NCBI GenBank assembly: GCA_950097015.1 | Contig: CATNEN010000025.1 | Location: 7,626,001-7,690,000, forward strand | Origin: Macrostomum hystrix | Taxonomy: Eukaryota; Animalia; Platyhelminthes | Length of the DNA stretch: 64,000 nt | Reading direction: 5' to 3' | Shown: positions 32,739 to 42,314 of the stretch, piece by piece | How positions within the stretch are numbered: position 1 is the stretch's first letter | Layout: every line of letters starts with the position of its first letter | The notes under the pieces: generated by a model | Databases searched by the model: none | Told to the model about the DNA's origin: nothing | Seen by the model: only the letters and a program-made list of their open reading frames with translations | Position numbers and translations under genes: made by a program

Positions 32739-34267
32739 ATCCAAATCGTCTTCCATTTTTTTATCTTTGAATGGGGTCGATGACAATGGAGAAAAACCGA
32801 GTTCAGAATTAACAGTAGGACTATCAAGCCATTTTACCGCCCGTTTTTATACAAAGAGGGGGGAATTTCTCACGCGCGTCTTCTGAATGCTAACAGCGTT
32901 GGGTGGGGACTGATTGGTTGGCAGACTAGGCGATGGTGTCCTGTGGTTGAGCTGCGCCTAATATTTAGGCTTGATCAGTCAAATTCGAGAAATTCGCGTC
33001 AGGGTGTCCATAGTGGCCTAGTTCCACCTGTTGTAGCCTTTGAAGGTCCAGCAGTCCGTCTAGATAAAGGCAGGTGACCACCGATGACGGAGATGATGCA
33101 GGCACATTCGGGTGACATGCTGAAGGCCTGGCAAGGCCGCACTGAGGCGCAGTGCAAATTCGTGCATAGAGGTGTATGAAATACACTAGCGCTTGTGGGA
33201 AAAATCTGACCTTCGGCCAGAACCATTGAATATCTCGACGGTCTGAAGATCTGACGACTTGATTCTTGTTTCAGAAGATGCGCAACAAAAAGTTGGCCCG
33301 TGTTCTTGAGTTTCGTGTGCTTGCGTTATTCCGTTCGGGTGCAGCCCCAGACTGGGGTCAATGACCTCCCAATCACGATCTGACTGGGGTCAATGACCTC
33401 CCTGTGTCGAAAGTTCAATGCCAATGAATCCAATTAACAAAATGCGCGTAATTATATTATCGATCTTCTATAGTGCGTACACACATTTATACTCGTATGT
33501 ACATTTATTGTGTAAATATTGTACTGGGTCGCATTCTTATTACCTAAGTGCCTCCTTAGCCTGTTAGTTAGCAACACCTTGAGTAGTTGCTGTACTCAAT
33601 GCCGGGAGAGAAGAAGAAAAGTCCATGAAATATTAAAAAAAAATATTGTTAAAGATTATTTTACATTTTTCGTCGCTTTTTCGCTTAAGTACACTAGGTT
33701 TTTTAATAACAAATGTCCTGTTGTTTACTAATTGAAATTTAACAGTTTTACAACGCGGCTTTTTTAACTACTAAACAGCTTCTTAAACAAAACATTTTTT
33801 ATTCCTGTGCTATTTGTTATATTCAGAAAAATAGCATTATGAATTTAGCTTTTTGTACTTTTTATCCATTGTCTCGGTTTTTTATACAGTTTTTTTTATC
33901 GCCAAATGAACTCTGTGTGTATGTGTGCTAGTCTTATCGATTCTGAGTTGTTGTTGAGCACACATTCGCTATTCCTTCTCAAAACCCTGTTAAAACGTGG
34001 ACCAGGTACCATCTACACAGCTACAGTTCTATTAATGCATTATGTGTTTTAATCTGAACCCTCATTAAAGATAGTTTACATAACTAGGCGATTAATATTT
34101 AAACAGAAAATCTAAAAAAATCAATAAATTCTTCCTGTAGATTGATTTTTTAGTACAGCTCAGTTTTTTAATTGTAGTCTACTAAAATTTCACTATATTC
34201 TTCTATGGTCCTTGATTTTAAGATTCAATTTCAAATTCTAGTATTAAATTTTTATAGCTCTGATGCT

Positions 34268-34950
34268 CATTGGGTGACACAGACTAAAGGAAATTGGGTG
34301 ACAGAGACTAAAGGCATTGGGTGACACAGACTAAAGGCATTGGGTGACACAGACTAAAGACATTGGGTGACACAGACTAAAGGCATTGGGTGACACAGAC
34401 TAAAGGCATTGGGTGACACAGACTAAAGGCATTGGGTGACACAGACTAAAGACATTGGGTGACACAGACTAAAGACATTGGGTGACACAGACTAAAGGCA
34501 TTGGGTGACACAGACTAAAGACATTGGGTGACACAGACTAAAGGCATTGGGTGACACAGACTAAAGACATTGGGTGAAACAGACTAAAGACATTGGGTGA
34601 CACAGACTAAAGACATTGGGTGACACAGACTAAAGAAATTGGGTGACACAGACTAAAGACATTGGGTGACACAGACTAAAGGCATTGGGTGACACAGACT
34701 AAAGGCATTGGGTGACACAGACTAAAGACATTGGGTGCCACAGACTAAAGGAAATTGGGTGACACAGACTAAAGGCATTGGGTGACACAGACTAAAGACA
34801 TTGGGTGCCACAGACTAAAGGAAATTGGGTGACACAGACTAAAGGCATTGGGTGACACAGACTAAAGACATTGGGTGAGACAGACTAAAGACATTGGGTG
34901 ACAGACTAAAGACATTGGGTGACAGACTAAAGACATTGGGTGACACAGAC
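34268..34950. repeat. 23-bp minisatellite CATTGGGTGACACAGACTAAAG(G/A)
   Basis: About 29 copies. Confidence 0.95.
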
Positions 34951-34966
34951 TAGCTCGTACAGACTT

Positions 34967-35030
34967 CAGTCCGTGCACTGAACAGCTGTACACCACCTTT
35001 GGAAGCGACGCGCGATAGCTGCGGCTGTGC
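34967..35030 (-). repeat. Copy of dispersed repeat family 2
   Basis: The reverse complement matches the 4805-4868 core. Confidence 0.55.
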
Positions 35031-35180
35031 CAATGGCTTCATATCTGGCCCAAATGGGCGAGGAGCACTTAAAAAACGCACTCATTTAGCGAAAAAACTA
35101 CATACTACTCAATGACTTTTAAGACTAATTGTAGCTCGAAAGTCGCTTATCTGCGCCTCGGCGCTCTCGTCCAATTGTGC

Positions 35181-35253
35181 GATCTCGTGGTGTAGTGGTT
35201 ATCACGTCTGCCTAACACGCAGAAGGTCCCCAGTTCGAGCCTGGGCGAGATCA
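35181..35253 (+). tRNA. tRNA-Val (anticodon AAC), copy 1
   Basis: Acceptor stem GATCTCG/CGAGATC, D-arm TAGTGGTTA, anticodon arm TCTGC-CTAACAC-GCAGA, T-arm GTTCGAG; T-run terminator downstream. Confidence 0.95.
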
Positions 35254-35334
35254 ATCATTTTTACGGGTCTTATAGAATCAAGTCAAAATTAAGATGAAGC
35301 TAAGAATAAGCATCAACGTGATTTAATTATATTT

Positions 35335-35376
35335 CCAATGCATTTCGACCATATATAGAATAGGTCATCGTCAGGG
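35335..35376 (-). ncRNA. Minimal hammerhead-ribozyme-like motif (PLE type), probably degenerate
   Basis: The minus strand reads CC-CTGACGA-T-GACC-(12 nt)-GGTC-GAAA-TGCA-TT-GG: core CUGANGA and GAAA, 4-bp stem II, palindromic ATGCAT stem III, very short stem I. Confidence 0.45.
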
Positions 35377-35809
35377 CAGGAAGAGCTAGTCTTCCTGAAT
35401 TACATTTTGACATTAATAGGTCTAAAGTTTTCTAGCTTTGCTTTAAATAACTACGAGCTATAAAACTGTGTGAAGCTTTACGTTCTAAATATTCAAATCT
35501 ACGAGCTAGCAGAATCACGGGTGCCAATTCGAGTAAGCTCGTAAGCGGAAGTAAGAAAACTATTAATAAAACGGATCGTTCAAATTTATATTTTTATAAT
35601 TACTTAAGTACCCAATGCTAGGCAGAGCATCTTACTGTGAATAATAATAATTCAGTTGTAAAGATACACAAAGTAATATTTCAGGTTTAAGTGTATTTAT
35701 AGTTGGTACATTTGAATACTCTACTAATTGTCGATAGAGAACCTAACAGACAAACTTTTATGTAGTCGGGACAGCAGCGATACGAACTGAGGACGGAAGA
35801 GGTGAGGAC

Positions 35810-37070
35810 AGCTGGACAGGATCAGCTAGGACAAGAGAGGACAGAAATGGATAGGATTGGACAGGACAGGACAGGATAGGACAGGGCAGGGCAGGATAGG
35901 ATTGGACAGGACAGGACAGGATAGGACAGGGCAGGATAGGATTGGACAGGGCAAGATAGGATTGGACAGGACAGGATAGGATTGGACAGGAGAGGATAGG
36001 ATTGGACAGGGCAGGGCAGGATAGGATAGGACAGGGCAGGATAGGATTTGACAGGACAGGACAGGATATGACAGGGCAGGATAGGATTGGACAGGGCAAG
36101 ATAGGATTGGACAGGACAGGATAGGATTGGACAGGAGAGGATAGGATTGGACAGGGCAGGGCAGGATAGGATAGGACAGGGCAGGATAGGATTTGACAGG
36201 ACAGGACAGGATAGGACAGGGCAGGATAGGATTGGACAGGGCAAGATAGGATTGGACAGGACAGGATAGGATTGGACAGGAGAGGATAGGATTGGACAGG
36301 GCAGGGCAGGATAGGATAGGACAGGGCAGGATAGGATTTGACAGGATAGGATTGGACAGGACAGGATAGGATTGGACAGGACAGGATAGGATTGGACAGG
36401 ACAGGAGAGGACAGGATAGGATTGGACAGGAGAGGATAGGATTGGACAGGACAGGACAGGATAGGATTGGACAGGACAGGACAGGATAGGACAGGATAGG
36501 ATTGGACAGGACAGGACAGGATAGGATTGGACAGGACAGGACAGGACAGGATAGGATTGGACAGGACAGAATAGGATTGGACAGGAGAGGATAGGTTTGG
36601 ACAGGAGAGGATAGGATTGGACAGCACAGGACAGGATAGGATTGGACAGGAGAGGATAGGATTGGACAGGACAGGACAGGACAGGACAGGATTGGACAGG
36701 ACAGGATAGGACAGGACAGGACAGGATAGGACAGGACAGGACAGGATAGGACAGTACAGGATAGGACAGGACAGGACAGGACAGGATAGGATATGACAAG
36801 ACAGGATAGGTTTGGACAGGATAGGATTGGACAGGACGGGATAGGGTAGGACAGGACAGGAATGGACAGGACAGGATAGGACAGGACAGGACAGTACAGG
36901 ATAGGACAGGACAGGACAGGACAGGATAGGACATGACAAGACAGGATAGGATTGGACTGGACAGGATAGGACAGGACAGGACTGGATCCGAATGGACAGA
37001 ATAGGACAGGACAGGACAGGATCCGAATGGACAGGATAGGACAGAACAGAACTCAGGATAAGACAGGACA
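35810..37070. repeat. 5-bp based satellite (GGACA/GGATA)n between the two tRNA genes
   Basis: Purine-rich pentamer variants; produces spurious minus-strand ORFs. Confidence 0.93.
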
Positions 37071-37234
37071 GAACGGGTTAAGTCGAGAATTCTCTAGTTC
37101 TTGTTGTTTTCTTTCATCAAAATTTTAAGTTCACCAAAATATTGTAGATCAAACTTCAACAACAATTTGCGCACAATACTACTCATTGTGTAGCTCCCCT
37201 TTATCAGCGTTCCTGAAGGTTTGTTAAATAACCC

Positions 37235-37307
37235 GATCTCGTGGTGTAGTGGTTATCACGTCTGCCTAACACGCAGAAGGTCCCCAGTTCGAGCCTGGGC
37301 GAGATCA
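37235..37307 (+). tRNA. tRNA-Val (anticodon AAC), copy 2
   Basis: Identical 73-nt sequence to copy 1, followed by TTTTTT. Confidence 0.95.
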
Positions 37308-37865
37308 ATATTTTTATTCATATTTGACAGCCCACAATGATCATTCGCTTGTATATCGCTGGCTACAATGAGGCTTGCTCCAACTTTTCTGTTTTTTTTG
37401 CTCGACACAATAAAGGTCAAAGTTGAGCTCCTCGTAAATGAGGGCAATTATTTGCGACAGAAACTTGTGTAAAGAATAAAATCAGGTCATCCAAGAGCTG
37501 GTTTGCAATTTCCATGCACGGTTAGGTGAAGTACGAGCTATCAGTTCTCGCGTCTCAAATGACCAGCTGAAGACATTGTCCTTAGCTCTCAAAGGAAATC
37601 CGGGGTTGCTCTGTAATTAAGAGTAACTTTCTCAAACAAAACGAGACTGCAGTGATTTTCCAGCTAAGTGGCGGCTACTCAAAATGTGTTGAGCAGAAAA
37701 TGCTTCGGTTGTCAGTTAATAGCTTGCTTTTTTGTTGTCAGATTATGCTTGAATCTTGAATCCACATAATTTGCACTAGCTGAGGACAAGAATTCAACGT
37801 TTAATGGCTACAGAAATGAAAGCGACTGAATGCCCTGAAACGACTAGAGGCCCTGAAACCAAAAA

Positions 37866-38272
37866 AGGACCTGAAGCGACTGAAGGTCCTGAAGCGACTG
37901 AAGGTCCTGAAGCGACTGAAGGTCCTGAAGCGACTGAAGGTCCTGAAGCGACTGAAGGTCCTGAAGCGACTGAAGGTCCTGAAGCGACTGAAGGTCCTGA
38001 AGCGACTGAAGGTCCTGAAGCGACTGAAAGTCCTGAAGCGACTGAAGGTCCTGAAGCGACTGAAGGTCCTGAAGCGACTGAAGGTCCTGAAGCGACTGAA
38101 TGTCCTGAAGCGACTGAAGGTCCTGAAGCGACTGAAGGTCCTGAAGCGACTGAAGGTCCTGAAGCGACTGAAGGTCCTGAAGCGACTGAAGGCCCTGAAG
38201 CGACTGAAGGCCCTGAAGCGACTGAAGGTCCTGAAGCGACTGAAGGTCCTGAAGCGACTGAAGGTCCTGAAG
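37866..38272. repeat. 18-bp minisatellite GAAGGTCCTGAAGCGACT
   Basis: About 22 copies, stop-free on both strands. Confidence 0.95.
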
Positions 38273-38729
38273 CGAGTGTTCTTGTACCCGCAAAAGTCCC
38301 AGAGATATTTCTAAGAAAGCATGAACTCACACAACTATCGCATGCTATCCTATAGTTTTGCATCTCTAAACTTTCTACTTGTAGCCAAAGCCTCACGTGA
38401 GCAGATGAATGAGCTGTTCCACAGGCAGCGGCTCAACTCGACCTGTGAAATCCGAGAGACTGCTATCACTGACAGGCAGCTCACTCAGCTTGAGCTTGAG
38501 CTCAACTCACCCACCTCTCTCGTCACAAAATTCTTAGTAAGGTATCGCGAATATATTAACTGTGGGATATAAATCCCGAAAAAACAGAGGCAGCAGCGCT
38601 TATCTCAATAGTCTCATTGTTCTTGAGAAGTTCAGCTTCATAAAAAAGCTAGCAAAATATACTACAAAATGAAACTATTAAAGTAGGCAATTTGCTTTCT
38701 TCTAGTTAATCAACATTATTTATTTGAGT

Positions 38730-38965
38730 AGATATAGTGTGAGATTTAAGGAGATATGAGGTGAGATTTAAGGAAATTTAGTGTGAGATTAGACAAGATA
38801 TGAGGTGAGATTTGAGGAAATTTAGTGTGAAATTTTATGAGATACAGTATGAGATTTGAGGAGATATAGTGTGAGATTTGAGGAGATATAGTGTGAGATT
38901 TGATGAGATACAGTATGAGATTTGAGGAGATATAGTGTGAGATTCAGATGAGACAGTGTGAGATT
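38730..38965. repeat. 22-bp minisatellite GTGAGATTTGAGGAGATATAGT
   Basis: Degenerate tandem array. Confidence 0.85.
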
Positions 38966-39218
38966 TATATATTCGCAAACAAAACTTCTCTGGAAGAGAA
39001 TAGAACTAAGATGTAGTGCAAAAAATATTTTGTATTGAAATTAAGTTTCTAATGAAAAAAGACAATAAACAACTTGGAATAGCCATTTGTGCATGCCAAA
39101 GTTGCGACATAATATTTTTAATTCCAAAACCGAGCTATTCGAAATATGGCCGCTGTTCCTGTGGACATAATGAAGCAACCCCTGTTCTCAGATACCTAAT
39201 CCTTGATCATTTATTAGA

Positions 39219-39682
39219 GATCCCAGATCCTGGATCCCCAGATCCTAGATCCCCAGATCCTAGATCCCCAGATCCTAGATCCCCAGATCCTAGATCCCCA
39301 GATCCTAGATCCCCAGATCCTAGATCCCCAGATCCTAGATCCCCAGATCCTAGATCCCCAGATCCTAGATCCCCAGATCCTAGATCCCCAGATCCTAGAT
39401 CCCCAGATCCTAGATCCCCAGATCCTAGATCCCCAGATCCTAGATCCCCAGATCCTAGATCCCCAGATCCTAGATCCCCAGATCCTAGATCCCCAGATCC
39501 TAGATCCCCAGATCCTAGATCCCCAGATCCTAGATCCCCAGATCCTAGATCCCCAGATCCTAGATCCCCAGATCCTAGATCCCCAGATCCTAGATCCCCA
39601 GATCCTAGATCCCCAGATCCTAGATCCCCAGATCCTAGATCCCCAGATCCTAGATCCCCAGATCCTAGATCCCCAGATCCTG
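39219..39682. repeat. 15-bp minisatellite GATCCTAGATCCCCA (~30 perfect copies), abutting the Sp stop codon
   Basis: Perfect tandem array. Confidence 0.97.
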
Positions 39683-40453
39683 CCTGCAGTCAGATGATTT
39701 TTCAGCTGAGGAATCCTTTTCCCTCGCATCGTCTCTGGCAGGCTCGCTGTGAGGATGAGTCCGGCTGTGCTTAGCCAGGTGGTCGGACCGCATGAACCTC
39801 TTGCCGCACGCAAGGCAGGCGAAGCGCTTCTCACCAGTGTGAGTTCGCACGTGTCTCTGTAGCTCGTCTGATCGGGTGAATCGCTTACCGCACAATGTCC
39901 ACTGGCAGAGGAAGGGTCGCTCGCCGGTGTGCCAACGGAGGTGCGCTTTCAGATGCGACGTCTTGCCGTAGACTTTGCCGCAGCCGGGCACGTGACAGTT
40001 GTGCAGTCCGGGTGCACGGGGCTGCTGCTGCTGCTGCTGCTCGGTCCATGTTGATTCTGACTGCACCCGACGACAATTTGGGCAGTCGCACGATGATGAG
40101 GCTCCAGCAGATTTAGGAGTCGATGGTTTTCTTCGAGATGACTGCGCCGCAGCGGGCGGCGGTGGCGGAGGCGGCGGAGGCGGCGGCGGAGGCGGCGGAG
40201 GCGGCGGCGGCGGAGGCGGTGACTGCGGCAGCTGCGGTAAATAAACTGGATAATAAGGGTTAGGCACGTAGCGATAGGTCATGGGCAGTTGCATTTGGAG
40301 ATCATTCTGTTGTTGCTGCTGCAGCTGCTGTTGGCCAAGATCCTGTTGAACGGGCCAAACCACACTGTCTGAGAAGTGCATCGTCTCTCGAGTATCCACA
40401 GCCGTTGAAAAAACAGTATGGCAGTTGTTCTCAGTAGATTCCGATTGATTTTG
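39665..40453 (-). CDS. Sp/buttonhead-family transcription factor (Btd box + 3 C2H2 zinc fingers); start at ATG 40381 or via an upstream exon spliced at 40453
   Basis: CDCPNC Btd box followed by [71 protein letters not shown], with polyP and polyQ in the N-terminal part. Sp5 versus Sp6-9 subgroup not resolved. Confidence 0.93.
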   Translation of the reverse strand, partial: QNQSESTENNCHTVFSTAVDTRETMHFSDSVVWPVQQDLGQQQLQQQQQNDLQMQLPMTYRYVPNPYYPVYLPQLPQSPPPPPPPPPPPPPPPPPPPPPPAAAQSSRRKPSTPKSAGASSSCDCPNCRRVQSESTWTEQQQQQQPRAPGLHNCHVPGCGKVYGKTSHLKAHLRWHTGERPFLCQWTLCGKRFTRSDELQRHVRTHTGEKRFACLACGKRFMRSDHLAKHSRTHPHSEPARDDAREKDSSAEKSSDCRQDLGI

Positions 40454-40513
40454 CTGCAAATATTTTTTATAATGAAACGTGTAAAGGCACAAATTTTTGG
40501 AGTTGTCGCTTGC

Positions 40514-41001
40514 GATCTAGGATATGGGATCTAGGATTTGAGGATCTAGGATTTGAGGATCTAGGATTTGAGGATCTAGGATTTGAGGATCTAGGATTTG
40601 AGGATCTAGGATTTGAGGATCTAGGATTTGAGAATCTAGGATTTGAGGATCTAGGATTTGAGAATCTAGGATTGAGGATCTAGGATTTGAGGATCTAGGA
40701 TTTGAGGATGTTGGATCTGGGGATCTATACGGATCTGGGAATCTAGGATCTGGGGATCTAGGATCTGGGAATCTAGGATCTGGGATCTAGGATCTGGAAT
40801 CTAGGATCTGGGATCTAGGATCTGGGGATCTAGGATCTGGGGATCTAGGATCTGGGGATCTTAAGATTTTGGGATCTATAATTTTGGGATCTAGGATTTG
40901 GGAATCTAGGAATTCGAGATTTAGAATTTGGGGATCTAGGATTTAGGATATAGGATTTGGGGATCCAGGATTTGGGAATCTAGGATCTGGGATCTAGGAT
41001 C
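40514..41001. repeat. 15-bp minisatellite GATCTAGGATCTGGG / GATCTAGGATTTGAG, inverse of the 39219 array
   Basis: Units TGGGGATCTAGGATC are the exact reverse complement of the left array's unit. Confidence 0.93.
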
Positions 41002-41559
41002 ATGCTAAAATTTGCAAAATTACGGCATCTGTTTTTCATATCTAAATTTCTATTTCCTTTTGTGAGAAGTTATACATACTTTACAACTTTCAATGGAAAT
41101 ATTTACGTGATTAAAAGACAATAAACTAAAAAACTAACAAAATAGTGAATCGTGATTCAAGTTTAAACTAAGATTTCTCTTCTTGCTGGTTGTCAAAACA
41201 ATGACAGCTTTGCTATGCAATTGATCAAGCTTGAGTAGCCAGATGGATTTTGCAAGCTGAGTGCAGTGCAGACAGCTGCTTGATCCCATCCCATCTGTCA
41301 CCCGCTCTCTCTGTTCTTGAACGCCTTGCTTCGCAATGTCTGTCGCTTTTAATTTGCATTGCGACATGGGGATGATGAAAATTTAAATCGATCTTCTTCA
41401 TTCTAAGGTAGCTTTGTTCCAATGTTTCTCTAAACCTTATAGTCTCACAAAAATCCCAGAGTCTCACTAAATATCCCATTGTCTCTCCAAGTATCCCAGT
41501 GTCTCAAAAAATGTCCCATAATCACCCAAAACATCCCACCGTCTCCTAAAACATCCCAT

Positions 41560-41860
41560 AATCTCCCTAGACATCCTAGAGTCTCCCTAGACATCCCAGA
41601 GTCTCCCTAGATATCCTAGAGTCTCCCTAGACATCCCAGAGTCTCCCTAGATATCCTAGAGTCTCCCTAGATATCCCAGAGTCTCCTTAGACATCCTAGA
41701 GTCTCCCTAGATGTCCCAGAGTCTCCTTAGACATCTTAGAGTCTCCCAAAACATCCCACCGTCTCCTAAAACATCCCAGAGTCTCCCTAGACATCCCAGA
41801 GTCTCCCTAGACATCCCAGAGTCTCCCTAGACATCCCGGAGTCTCCCTAAATATCCCATG
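41560..41860. repeat. 20-bp minisatellite GAGTCTCCCTAGACATCCCA
   Basis: Tandem periodicity. Confidence 0.9.
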
Positions 41861-42314
41861 TCTTTCCCTTAGTATCCCATAGTGACAGCGTTCCACCAAG
41901 TACCCTAGATTCAATTTGATTGAGTATACAATACAGCCAGTTGAGTGTCCTACCTGAAAATGCGAACCGAATGTTGACATGCCAGTTGGTATTTGAGTAA
42001 TTTTTAATGAGTTTAACTTTCGACTGCTCTTATTTAAGCAACAAAAGCAAGCAAGCGCTTCATTATCACCCGACCCCAAGCCCTAATCCCATTGGCTTGC
42101 GGCCGCTGTCCAATGGGGCCGAGAGGCAATATTTATACAATTCTGGATCCACTTGTGTTCGCTGGGTTCGTTAGATAATTGCTAATTATTTACAAACTCA
42201 CAGACCTTATGAAAGATCTGAGTTGTAGAAAAGCTTATTAACGAACTCCTTTCCTGTCCTTATCAATCGAAATTTCAAAATACCATCCGATTTATCCTAT
42301 CTAACTTACCTCGC

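Noticed and set aside
35758-36939. Cys/Pro/Ser-rich ORFs (SCPVL repeats, 370-393 aa)
   Set aside because: Translation of the (GGACA/GGATA)n satellite; open in multiple frames with no unique sequence.
39016-39834. (SPDPR)n and (IWGSR)n ORFs
   Set aside because: Products of the perfect 15-bp array.
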